Positions 1-10,850 of a stretch of 64,000 bases of DNA are shown piece after piece. Both the position numbers and the translations under genes were made by a program. The stretch's first letter is position 1; each line of letters starts with the position of its first letter. The stretch is from Octopus sinensis. Lineage: Eukaryota. The DNA lies in NCBI RefSeq assembly GCF_006345805.1, contig NC_043007.1, forward strand, positions 63,674,001 to 63,738,000, written 5' to 3'. A model generated the notes under the pieces. The model searched no databases, was not told the origin of the DNA, and worked only from the letters and a program-made list of their open reading frames with translations.

Positions 1-941
1 TCTCTTGTACACCACATCTGATGCTTAAGTCCAACTTTTCTCTCAGGGTGCTTACACTCTGTCGTGTATGCACACTGACATTACACATCCAGCAGAGCAT
101 ACTGGCTTCATTCCTTGCAAGCTTACGCATGTCCTCAGCAGTCATGGCCCATGTTTCACTGCCATGTAACATGGCTGTTTACACACATGCATCATACAGT
201 CTACCTTTTTACTCTGAGTAAGAGGCCCTTTGTCACTAGCAGAGGTAGGAGCTCTCTGAACTTTGCCCAAGCTTTTCTTATTCTAGCAGCTACACTTTCA
301 GAGCCCCCACCCTGACTATTGACTTGGTCACCTAGGTAATGGAAGCTATCAACTACTTGTAGTTTTTTTCCCCTGGAATGTGATGGAAGCTGTTTTCGGC
401 ACATTTTCAGTGTTTACTGCCCCTGAGCATTTCCCACACACCAAAACTATCTCCTCAGTTGGTCTTCCTTTGATATTGCTCCACCTCTTATGTGTCCATA
501 GCTTACACCAGGTATATCTGGTGAAGTTTGTACCTATGCCTTTTCTACAGATCGAGCAGGTCCATCTACCTGAAGGGATTTGTGGTTTGTCTGCTTTCTT
601 ACTTATTAACACTTCGGTTTTTGCTAGATGGACTCAAAGACCCTTCAATTCTAGATTTTGCTTCCACACCTGAAACATCTCTACTTCTGATAGTGACTCA
701 TCTATTAGAGCAAGGTCATCAGCATAGAGAAGCTCCTTGGGGCATCCTGTCTTAAATTCTCTGTTGTTGCCTGGAGGACTATGATGAATAAGAGGGGGCT
801 TATGACTAATCCTTGGTGGACCCCTACTCCTACCCGGAATTCTTCACTGTACTCGTTGCCAACCCTCACCTTACTGACAGCATCCCTGTACATGACTTGT
901 ACAGCTCTCACTAACCACTCATCTATCCCTAGTTTCCACAC
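1..941 (-). mobile_element. Older degenerate RTE-clade LINE, 3' part of ORF (RT/PHD/thumb remnants)
   Basis: Frameshifted minus-strand ORFs (201-404, 349-612, 705-941) align with the intact RTE ORF at 951-2342 (KLGIDEWLVRAV, GVHQG, WTHKR, KAWAKFRELLPLL). The element continues at 3325 after the nested insertion. Confidence 0.9.
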
Positions 942-950
942 TGACCAGTA

Positions 951-2342
951 ATGAAGGTTACGGAGAGGGTTATAGCCCAGTTAATTAGAGAGAGAGTTAG
1001 CTTAGATGATATGCAGTTTGGGTTCGTGCCAGGGAAAAGTACTACTGATGCTATATTCCTGGTAAGACAGCTGCAGGAGAAATACCTAGCCAAAGGTAAG
1101 CCCTTGTACCTGGCTTTTGTTGACTTAGAGAAAGCCTTTGACAGGGTCCCCCGATCCCTTATCTGGTGGTCAATGAGGAAACTAGGGATAGATGAATGGT
1201 TAGTGAGAGCTGTGCGAGCCATGTACAGAGACGCAGCTAGTAAGGTGAGGGTTGGCAACAAGTACAGTGAAGAATTCCGAGTAGAGGTTGGGGTCCACCA
1301 AGGTTCAGTCCTCAGCCCCCTCCTATTTATCATAGTCCTCCAGGCAATAACGGAAGAATTTAAGACAGGATGCCCCTGGGAGCTCCTATATGCTGATGAC
1401 CTTGCCCTAATTGCTGAGTCACTATCAGAACTGGAGGAGAAGTTTCAGGTGTGGAAACAAGGATTAGAATCGAAGGGCCTTAGAATCAACCTAGCCAAAA
1501 CCAAAGTCCTAATAAGTAGGAAGGTGGACCAACCACAAACGACTTCAGGTAGATGGCCCTGCTCGATCTGTAGAAAAGGTGTAGGTAGAAACTCTATAAG
1601 GTGCACCAAGTGTAAGCTATGGACACATAAGAGGTGCAGCAATGTCAAAGGTAGGCTAACTGGGAAGATAGTTTTCGTATGTGGCAGATGCTCAGGAGAA
1701 ATAAACACTGGAAATGTGCAGAGACCAACTTCTACCACGTTCCAGGGAGACAAACTAGAAGTAGTTGATAGCTTCCGCTACCTAGGAGACCAAGTTAGTA
1801 GCGGGGGTGGGTGTGCTGAAAGTGTAACTGCTAGAGTAAGAATAGCCTGGGCAAAGTTTAGAGAGCTCTTACCCCTGCTGGTGACAAAAGGCCTCTCGCT
1901 CAGAGTAAAAGGCAGACTTTATGATGCATGTGTACGTACAGCCATGCTACATGGTAGTGAAACATGGGCCGTGACTGCTGAGGATATGCGTAAGCTCGCA
2001 AGAAATGAAGCCAGTATGCTCCGATGGATGTGTAATGTCAGTGTTCATAATCGTCAGAGTGTAAGTACCTTGAGAGAAAAGTTGAACCTAAGAAGCGTCA
2101 GTTGTGGTGTGCAAGAGAGACGGCTGCGCTGGTATGGTCATATGACGAGAATGGCTGAAGATAGTTGTGTGCAAAAGTGCTACACCCTAGCAGTTGAGGG
2201 AACCTGTGGAAGAGGTAGACCCAGGAAAACCTGGGACGAAGTGGTGAGGCACGACCTACGAACTTTAGGTCTCACCAAGGAAATGACTAGAGACCGAGAC
2301 CTATGGAAGTATGCTGTGCGTGAGAAGACCCGGCAAGACTAG
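951..2342 (+). CDS. RTE non-LTR retrotransposon reverse transcriptase (5'-truncated, no endonuclease) with internal PHD-type zinc finger
   Basis: Motifs QFGFVPGKSTTDAIF, FVDLEKAFDRV, GVHQGSVLSPLLF, LLYADD, FRYLG, RRLRWYGH and GRGRPRKTW; 463 aa with no stops. Confidence 0.95.
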   Translation: MKVTERVIAQLIRERVSLDDMQFGFVPGKSTTDAIFLVRQLQEKYLAKGKPLYLAFVDLEKAFDRVPRSLIWWSMRKLGIDEWLVRAVRAMYRDAASKVRVGNKYSEEFRVEVGVHQGSVLSPLLFIIVLQAITEEFKTGCPWELLYADDLALIAESLSELEEKFQVWKQGLESKGLRINLAKTKVLISRKVDQPQTTSGRWPCSICRKGVGRNSIRCTKCKLWTHKRCSNVKGRLTGKIVFVCGRCSGEINTGNVQRPTSTTFQGDKLEVVDSFRYLGDQVSSGGGCAESVTARVRIAWAKFRELLPLLVTKGLSLRVKGRLYDACVRTAMLHGSETWAVTAEDMRKLARNEASMLRWMCNVSVHNRQSVSTLREKLNLRSVSCGVQERRLRWYGHMTRMAEDSCVQKCYTLAVEGTCGRGRPRKTWDEVVRHDLRTLGLTKEMTRDRDLWKYAVREKTRQD

Positions 2343-2529
2343 TCAGGCCATAACCCGTGGCCCCTACCTGGGACGTAGTCAGTCCACCTGTGCATACCTT
2401 CCTTCTTGTAACACTTGTGAAGACCTGTTGAGGCAAGTGAAAATCAAAAAAAAAAAAAATATCAAACAAAATCAAAATAGATGAACATCAATGGAATTTG
2501 TGGTACCAGTGCCGGTGGCACACAAGAAT

Positions 2530-3156
2530 ACCATCCGAACGTGGCCGTAGCCAGTACCGCACCGACTGGCCTCCATGCTGTGGGCACGTAACAATCACCA
2601 TCCAATCGTGGTCGATCGCCAGCCTAATCTGGCTCCTGTGTCGGTGGCACATAAAAAACACCATCCGAGCGTGGTCGTCTGCTAGCCTTGTCTGGCACCT
2701 GTGTCGGTGGCACATAAAAACACCATCCGAGCGTGGCCGTTCGCCAGCCTCGTCTGGCACCTGTGTCGGTGGCACATAAAAACACCATCCGAGCGTGGTC
2801 ATCTGCTAGCCTTGTCTGGCACCTGTGTCGGTGGCACATAAAAACACCATCCGAGCGTGGCCGTTCGCCAGCCTCGTCTGGCACCTGTGTCAGTGGCACA
2901 TAAAAACACCATCCGAGCGTGGCCGTTCGCCAGCCTCATCCGGCACCTGTGTCGGTGGCACATAAAAAAACACCATCCGAGCATGGTCGTCTGCTAGCCT
3001 TGTCTGGCACCTGTGTCGGTGGCACATAAAAACACCATCCGAGCGTGGCCGTCTGCCAGCCTCGTCTGGCACCTGTGTCGGTGGCACATAAAAACACCAT
3101 CTGAGCGTGGCCGTTCGCCAGCCTCGTCTGGCACCTGTGTCGGTGGCACATAAAAT
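2530..3156 (+). repeat. Tandem array of about 10 units of ~62 bp in the RTE 3' UTR
   Basis: The unit caccatccgagcgtggccgttcgccagcctcgtctggcacctgtgtcggtggcacataaaaa starts at 2659, 2721, 2783, 2845, 2907, 2971, 3033 and 3095, with diverged units at ~2530 and ~2597. Confidence 0.95.
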
Positions 3157-3324
3157 CACCCACTACACTCTCGGAGTGGTTGGCGTTAGGAAGGGCATCC
3201 AGCTGTAGAAACACTGCCAGATCTGACTGGCCTGGTGCAGCCTTCGGGCTCCCCAGACACCAGTTGAACCGTCCAACCCATGCTAGCATGGAAAGCGGAC
3301 GTTAAATGATGATGATGATGACCA

Positions 3325-4560
3325 CTTGATAAGGGATCGGGGGACCCTGTCAAAGGCTTTTTCAACGAAAGCCAGGTACAGAGGTTTATCTTAGGCTAGG
3401 TATTTCTCCTGCAGCTGCAGAAATATTGCATCAGTGATACTTTTTCCTGGCACAAACCCAGACTGCATCTTGTCTAGACTGATTCTCTCCCTAATTAGTT
3501 GGGAGACCTTCTCCCAACTATGACCCTCTCTGTGACTTTCATTACTTGATCCAACAACATGATACCTCTGTAATAATTCGTATCTAATGCATCACCTTTT
3601 CCTCTGTAACAGCTGACTATGGTGCTACTACACCAGACATTGGGTATGACTCCTTCATGTATCACCTGATTGACTATATGGGTTACAAGACTATAGCCAA
3701 TACCACCAGATATTTTAAGCATCTCTGTGGTGATTCCTGATGGGCTGGGGGCTTTCCCTATCTTCGTACCCTTAATTGCTTTATCTACCAAGATACTGTC
3801 AATTCGGATAGCTGGTCCCTCTGTTGGTTCAACATTTGGCAGACTCTCTTTCTCCCATTCATTCTCTTCATTTAGCAGTCTTTCATAATGGTGTCTCCAG
3901 GCCTCTCTCCTTGCAGCCTCATCAGATGCAAGTGAGCCATCATCCATGCAGACACATTTCTCTCCTATGATATCACGATTCTCTCTCACATACTGTCTTG
4001 CAACACGAAACACTTTGAGTCTTTGGTTCTCACAATGCAGAACATTGGCAAATTTTTTCTTATCTGCGTCCCCTCTGGTTAAGTAAACCTGTCTCTTAGC
4101 TTTCCTTCTGGCAATCTGATAGTTCCCTGCTATCACCGTTCTTCCAGGTTTCTATGCCTGTTTCTTTACGTTAATGGCCCTGTCAGGTACATTGTTCTTC
4201 CACCACGTTACCATGGGTCAAGAGGGTACTTTGCACCAACCACAGATCTGGTCAGTTGTCCTCAACAAGTTATCCCATAGAAACCTGTTGTCTTCCACAT
4301 CATGTGATGCTATATCCCCTCTATTTTGTCAAAAGCTTCAAGTAATACGTCTCTAAACCTCTGCCCATTCACAAGATCCTTAAGCTTCCAGACCCTTCTT
4401 CTCCATGCTGTGTGTATTCAGGGTATCCATTTAGCCCTGATCCTGAAGTCACTAACTACTAATCTATGCTGTGGGGTGCATTCTTCACCTCAGAAAGTTT
4501 TGACATTTATAAGTAGCCATCTCTTCCGTTTCCTGATGAGAATGTAATCAATTTGACTAG
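3325..4560 (-). mobile_element. Older RTE LINE, upstream portion (linker and RT N-terminus), continuing the 1-941 fragment
   Basis: ORF 3495-4136 (WRHHYERLLNEEN, KAPSPSGI, KGDALDTNYYRGIMLLDQVMKVTERV). The minus-strand sequence joins the 1-941 fragment across the insertion. Confidence 0.9.
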
Positions 4561-4570
4561 TGGAATAAAG

Positions 4571-4877
4571 GTGGAGGCACATGGCCTAGTGGTTAGAGCA
4601 CCGGATTCGCGGTCGAGGGATTGTGGGTTCGAATCTCAGACCGGGTTGTGTGTGTTTATGAACAAAACACCTAATGTCCACACGGCTCCGGCAGAAGGTA
4701 ATGGTGAACTTCTGCTGACTCTTTCCCCACAACTTTCTCTCACTCTTTCCTCCTACATCTTGCAGCTCACCTGCGATGGACCGGCGTCCTGTCCAGGTGG
4801 GGAACCTATACACCAAGGAAACTGGGAAAACCAGCCCTATGCTCCACAAGGGGCAAAAAGGATTTTAAAAAAAAAAC
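4571..4877 (+). mobile_element. tRNA-derived SINE
   Basis: A box TGGCCTAGTGG, B box GGTTCGAATCT, A-rich tail and 9-bp TSD GGAATAAAG (4562-4570, 4878-4886). A related copy lies at ~55531-55740. Confidence 0.85.
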
Positions 4878-4908
4878 GGAATAAAGAATATTTCATTTCT
4901 CTTTTCAG

Positions 4909-4970
4909 TCGAAATAATGGATATGCTATTTCAACACCAACCAGGGATCAGTATCGAGGAGATGGAATTG
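4909..4970 (+). CDS. BCKDHA: Branched-chain alpha-keto acid dehydrogenase E1 alpha, internal exon
   Basis: ttttcag acceptor, GT donor; encodes RNNGYAISTPTRDQYRGDGI, matching the TPP-binding region of BCKDHA. Confidence 0.95.
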
Positions 4971-5301
4971 GTAAATGCTTTACTATTTCCTTTTTAATAG
5001 ATTAAATTCAGTTTACTTCATTACCTGACAGAGAGAATAACATGAATATCAGATAATTTCATTTCTTCATCACTATCTGAGGCTTGATACCTATGCAAGA
5101 AATCATTATTATTTGGCAGATATTACAAGGCATTGGATTAAATTCCTTCAGGAATCAATAAAAAATAATTATCAGTAATGTACTGGGATAAATTCAATCA
5201 ACTAAACTCCTTTCCTATCAATCTATGGCCTTGTGCCAAACTTCAAAATTAATTATAATGTAGTTCTTATTAATTGATGAAGATTGACGTAACTTTTCAT
5301 G

Positions 5302-6838
5302 AAGATAAATACACAATTTGAAGAATAAAATATGTAATAAAACACAGATTGATTTTGTTTATTGAACTGAGCAATATTTCAACAGTACGCCTGTCATCTA
5401 CAAGTTCAATATAAGACAAGAATAATGAAAAATGAGAAATACAAAAAAATTCAGAAATTCAAAAATTGTGTTCCTTCATTGACAAAAAGATGTTTGCCTT
5501 GTTCACTACTAGAAGAAAAAAGGAAGAGAACTCTTAGTCAAAAAGTTTGTCTAATCTGATGGAACTCTCTCATCATTTTGTTCATCCCTTCCCAATGTGT
5601 TGCTAGTAACTTACAAATATATTTATTTTCATTTATTTTGAGGACTGAAACTTTAGTGAATTCAGAATATTTTCTGAAAATGTTTGCTTTAAAGGTTCAT
5701 CAAAGGTACAATTGTTTGATGTAAAATGCTTGACAAGTTCCCTTAAAGTACTGTTATTGTGCCCAACATCATACCTATGCCCATTGATAACATCGGTTTT
5801 TTTTTCTGGTTTTTTTTTTAAGGAATGAAGGATTTTCTAGTTGGATTTTTACATTACTGTGACAGCTATGCACAAAACTCAGGTTTTAAGTCAAACATAA
5901 AATTCTCATCCAGTTTTTCAAAACTAGTGTTGATATTTTGAACAGGAAAGTAGTTTTCAGAAGGTCAAATAGTGACTGAACTATTTTGAAAACCCACTTG
6001 TGTTTTCACCACAGTACTGATCATTTACACCATATGATTAAGTCAAATTCAAAGTCCCACTTTTATGAATAAAATTGATTTGTTCTGACATAGATTATTG
6101 GAAATGTTATATGGGATTTTAGTGAATCATGATTAAAAGAAATTGCAAATGACACAGCTAAAATTAATGAATGTCAGACTTTTATGCCTAATTATAGTGG
6201 TAACATTTTTGACCAAATTCTTTTAGTTAACTGGCACTGAAATTTTGAGGTCAATTCAAAAGTATTGCCTGACAGTCATCAGCATATTTCACAGAAGTAG
6301 CTTTGATTCAAAGAAATATTTCTTCATCTACTTACTGTTGCTTTTTGACATAACAAAAATGTAAGACAAATATTAACTAGTACTTCTGATAATAAAAGAA
6401 AATTCTATTGGAGTTTCTGGATGTGGAACCCTTAAAAACAGTTGCGAGAGAGGTAAGCCTTATTCATTATGCAACACCTTGAGTCAGGTCAACTCCACAA
6501 ATTCTAAAAGAAATATAATTTATGCAGAAAGTGGGACTTGTAACAAGTTCCAAACATAACTTATGTTGGTTACACAAAAATAAAAATTAAGCAAAAAGAT
6601 TTAATAGGTATAGGTATGACATCAGGCATAATTCTACTTTGATGATGCTTTGAAGACAACTGTATGGCAGACACCATAAAATACACATTCTCTTAAAATA
6701 TTCTGATTCCTCTGAACTTTCATTTTTTTTTTCATGTCTTATTTTGAACCTGAAGGAGACAGGTGTGCTGCTGAAATATTTTTCAGTTCAATAAACAAAA
6801 ATTTAATCTGTGTTTTATAAAATATCGTGTTCATCTAA
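5302..6838. mobile_element. Degenerate TIR DNA transposon (probably Tc1/mariner-like) in a BCKDHA intron
   Basis: About 150-bp imperfect inverted repeats (~5302-5465 vs ~6700-6838, e.g. ttgtttattgaactga / tcagttcaataaacaa) around ~1.2 kb of decayed interior. Confidence 0.5.
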
Positions 6839-6869
6839 TTATACATTATGATGATTATTATTTGTATAG

Positions 6870-7011
6870 CATCTCGAGGCCCTGGTTATGGAATGGCAAC
6901 TGTACGTGTTGATGGCAATGATGTATTTGCTGTATACAATGCAACAAAAGCTGCTCGCAATGTGTGTCTAAATGAAATGAGACCAGTCTTAATTGAAGCT
7001 ATGACTTATCG
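6870..7011 (+). CDS. BCKDHA: BCKDHA exon
   Basis: AG/GT boundaries, phase-compatible; [48 protein letters not shown]. Confidence 0.96.
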
Positions 7012-7534
7012 GTAAGTCATAAACTAATTATAGTTTATTGTCTGTAGAATGGATGGGGATAATTCTGGTATCTTAATTATAATTGTTATAGTTTCTGAAC
7101 CTAAGTGACATCTTTATCGATGTCATCATTATTTATTCTCAATTTCACTGTTACTGTCATTTTCTTCACCTTCACACATTATCATCACATTCTCATATTT
7201 ACCATCGTAATCATCATTACAACTGCATTACCATTTTCATTTTCACCATCACTTTGTAAGTATTTTTGTAACTTCATCATCAGATATTTTACTCTTTCTT
7301 TTACTAAGCAGTCAACAAAGAGCTTGGTAGAGAAGCTAAGCTAAAATAAAACTTCCCTTATAGTTTTCTCACCATGACAAGTGTCGGTAGTACCCACCAA
7401 AATAAGTGTTTTCATATGCAGTAAAACAATAAACAAAAGGTTCACTACACATGTAGAGCCAAATATTTTTCTTAATTTTTTGCCAATGATTTTGAAGTTT
7501 ATTAGTTGTCATGCTTTAATCATTTATCTTTCAG

Positions 7535-7706
7535 TATTGGTCACCACAGTACATCAGATGATAGCTCAGCCTACCGGTCAGTTGATGAGGTGAACTATTG
7601 GGATAAAGAAGATCATCCTATTGCTAGACTAAGAGCCCACATTGTCGCTAGAGGTTTATGGAATGATGATAAGGAGAAGTCATGGAAACGTATTACGAGA
7701 AAGAGA
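7535..7706 (+). CDS. BCKDHA: BCKDHA exon containing the phosphorylation loop
   Basis: [33 protein letters not shown], which includes the conserved BCKDK target motif HSTSDD; AG/GT boundaries. Confidence 0.97.
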
Positions 7707-9318
7707 GTAAGAATGGATTTTTGTTGTCTTCACTTTTTCAAGTTGTCTCTTGCTATCTGTAATTGTAACATATGTGAGTCTTTAGGAAATTTTCTTTTCT
7801 TAATATTGTGGGAATCTAATGTTCATTGCAGAAATCATGTGAATTACACCTGCAACACAATCCTTATTTTCACTGTATAATTGTGAAGCAATAGTTGTGG
7901 TGTTGCTTCTTGGTTATTAAATCAAATTATAAGTAAAGGTATGGTTGTACAGTTAAGAAGTTTGCAGCCCAGCTATATAGTTTTGAGTTCAATTCCACTA
8001 CGTGGCACCTTGAGTATGGTCTACAGTTACATTTCTGTGTCAAACAAATCTTTGTGAGTGGATTTGACAAGCAGAAACTAAAAGAAGCTTGTTCTGCATT
8101 TGTGTATAATATGTCTCCTTGTCTTGACATTGCATGTTTGTTGTAAATGAGTATCACTATCACACTAGCAGTGTCCTTCATTTCCAACCAAGGGGAAATA
8201 TTACCTGACTTGGAAACAGGGCATCTTCACATAAAAAATCCAACCCATGTAAGCAATGAAAAGTGTATGTTGAAATGATGATGATCTATACTATTGTGTA
8301 GAAGCATTTATTTCTGTTCCTGCATGGAAAAGAACCTAATTGCTCTTAAGTTTCCTAAAGACTTCAGATGTGATACATGTACAAGGAATGCACTTCAGCC
8401 TAATTTGTCAAGTTGGTAACTGAAATGTGGTACCTTACAACTGATATTTCTCATCCAAATACAACTGTTATACTAGTATTGAAATTTTCTCTTCTGTAAC
8501 TGTGAAATACATTTTCAAGTTCTTATATAAGGATATGAATGTACACATATGCAAAAACATTAGTGACTTTTTTTTATTTATTATAAAATTGTGCAGTATA
8601 TAAATGGTTGTCATGCCAGGGCTCTAGAAGCCGTGTGTAATGCAAAAGGTATGATAGATCATTTGCTTCGAGTACATGATTTGTCTTAGAGTACATCTTG
8701 AACATCAACTGCTAGTTTACTTTCCAAAGGGTAATGAAAGAGAGGCATCTTCAAAATGCCTGAAGCATAAACACACCCTTCATGATGTGACTTAGAGGAA
8801 ATGAAACTGGTTAAGCTGCCAAACAGTTTCCTACTCTGAAATTCCCTACAGTTGTCTTGAAAATAAAGAATATTTATAAGAGGTTAAATAATCCTTAGAG
8901 TTATGCATCCAAAGGAGACAGACGAAATTTCATGTCAGATTATCATTATAAGTTAGTGATTATTAATAAAGGATTGATAATTTCAGTCATAGACTTATAA
9001 TGCCAAGGAGAAGACAAAGAATATATTTAAATGATCATACTTTAAAAGAAATTTCATAAGGATATAAACTATCTTTATACCATCATTTTTGACAGCCTAC
9101 ATACAATAGTGTACATATATATTTAGATATACATACATGTATATGTGGATAAATATGTATAGAGAAAAAGAGCAAAAATATTTTAGTAAAATAACTTTGA
9201 GTGTGTGCATACACACATGGATAGTTTCTCTTATCTGTAAAAAAAAAATATATTATGACCATTATTCTTTAATAATTGTACTTGTGATACAATGACTATG
9301 TTATTAAGGTGCTCAACT

Positions 9319-9530
9319 TTCAGGTTACGCCGTTGACCTCGTGTCGCGTCGCTGACGGCATGGCGGACGGGCTAGTCGTCGCTTCCCTTTCCGCCACAGG
9401 CGACGCGGCATCACCGAAAGAGAGTGGTGCCGTGTCTGTCCCTTCTTCCCGAACAGAACCGTGGCTTCAACTCCGGGTTTCGCTGCCTCGACGACGAATA
9501 TACTGCCTTCATGGCAAATTTAATGAATAA
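9319..9530. mobile_element. 212-bp GC/CpG-rich insertion with 13-bp TSD, origin unknown
   Basis: AAGGTGCTCAACT is duplicated at 9306-9318 and 9531-9543; composition differs sharply from the surrounding intron. Confidence 0.8.
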
Positions 9531-9965
9531 AAGGTGCTCAACTATGGGCCAATATGGTCATGGACCATTGTAGAACTATTTTCTTGTGTTGCTGGTAATG
9601 TACATAACCTGTCTTGCCTCAGTATGCTTTGTCAATAACAAGCTCCATTTCTCTATTCTAAAGTGATTAGTTGTAAGAACATGCAGTTATAAAACCAGTT
9701 GTCCTAATTATTTGAAATACCCACATTTGCTACAAAAATCTCTCCTATTTCTGCATATGAAAAAATTGAAGATTGTAAGAGCGAAACTTGCAATTAATAA
9801 AATAGTGTTCTCTCTATGAAATAATTTATAACTCATTTGCTTTGCATTTTGATCTGTTATATACAAACTCTGTTAACCTGTGAAAATAATAAGGTATAAG
9901 GGGTAACAAATATAATGATTGCCACAGTTTATTTGTAAATTCAAAAAATTTGTTGCTATTTTCAG

Positions 9966-10148
9966 GTACTGGAAGCGTTCTCAAAAGCAGAAGGACGAAA
10001 GAAGTGTAACCCAGAGTCAATGTTTGATGATGTCTATGATGTGGTTCCAGATCATATTCAAAAACAGAGAATGGAAATGAAAGCACATGTTAATCAATAC
10101 AAAGAACACTATCCTTTAAAATTGTTTGACAAAATGTCAGGTTTATAG
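9966..10148 (+). CDS. BCKDHA: BCKDHA terminal coding exon
   Basis: ttcag acceptor; VLEAFSKAEGRKKCNPESMFDDVYDVVPDHIQKQRMEMKAHVNQYKEHYPLKLFDKMSGL*. Confidence 0.95.
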   Translation, partial: VLEAFSKAEGRKKCNPESMFDDVYDVVPDHIQKQRMEMKAHVNQYKEHYPLKLFDKMSGL

Positions 10149-10248
10149 CTAGAAAATTTAGATCTTTTTTTTTTGTAATTTTTTTTTTACCAATTTTATT
10201 TTGAAATATTTCAAGACAGAGTCTAACATGATTTCATATGTCAAATGA

Positions 10249-10254
10249 AATAAA
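10249..10254 (+). promoter_or_regulatory. Candidate BCKDHA polyadenylation signal AATAAA (second candidate at 10465-10470)
   Basis: Hexamer ~100 bp after the stop codon with T-rich sequence downstream. Confidence 0.45.
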
Positions 10255-10617
10255 GTTTAAAATAGATTTTCACTTTAATCAGTGACTTTTTTTTATTGAA
10301 CGGTCGATGGTGTTGTAATCATTAAAAAGAATTAAAATAGTAGGAAATAATGTTAGCACTTTTGGAAGATATCAACAGCAAAGATATAACATCAAAATTC
10401 TGTTATTTTGCATGAAAAACATGGAAAAATTTGAATAACTGATTGTTTGTATATCTGACAGCAGAATAAAACAATTATTTTGTTTTTATGACATCATAAA
10501 CTATGTAATCTTTACACTTGCAAATATTAGGTTATACAGAAATCATTACACTGGTGATTGCATAATAGCATTGGAACACCAGATCTTCAAAAGAATACTG
10601 TAATTCAATCAATTATT

Positions 10618-10850
10618 CCAGTTCTATATGGCGTAGTGGAGCGTGGCTACTAACCCCAAGATTCTAAGTTTGATTCCAAGAAGTGACCTAAACAATAATA
10701 AGAACAACATCGAAAAATACCTTATGAATGAGAATCCAGGTTCGAAATTTCCCCAAGACACCCGATGAAGGCTGGAGAATATCAGCCAAAACGTTAAAAA
10801 CAAACAAGATGAGGACAAATATCTGTCAAATATAAATAATGTAAATAATG
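10618..10850 (+). mobile_element. tRNA-derived SINE carrying a decayed hammerhead-like motif
   Basis: A box TGGCGTAGTGG, B-box-like GTTTGATTCC, (TAAATAATG)n tail and 13-bp TSD TCAATCAATTATT (10605-10617, 10851-10863). Confidence 0.75.

Larger units (their letters stand above)
948..3318 (+). mobile_element. Young 5'-truncated RTE-clade LINE with tandem-repeat 3' UTR and (GAT)n tail
   Basis: Uninterrupted RT ORF, 3' UTR ending in gatgatgatg, and flanking duplication TGACCA at 942-947 and 3319-3324. Confidence 0.93.

Noticed and set aside
2530-3156. CRISPR-like array next to a reverse transcriptase
   Set aside because: Units are tandem repeats with only two recurring variants and no unique spacers; there are no cas genes; the context is a eukaryotic LINE 3' UTR.
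2488-3289. Multiple repetitive ORFs (CHRHRCQTRL, VPPTQVPD)
   Set aside because: Translations of the tandem array in several frames; no coding evidence.
4571-4645. tRNA gene
   Set aside because: tRNA-like head continues into a SINE body with tail and TSD; no complete cloverleaf or terminator. The same applies to other SINE heads.
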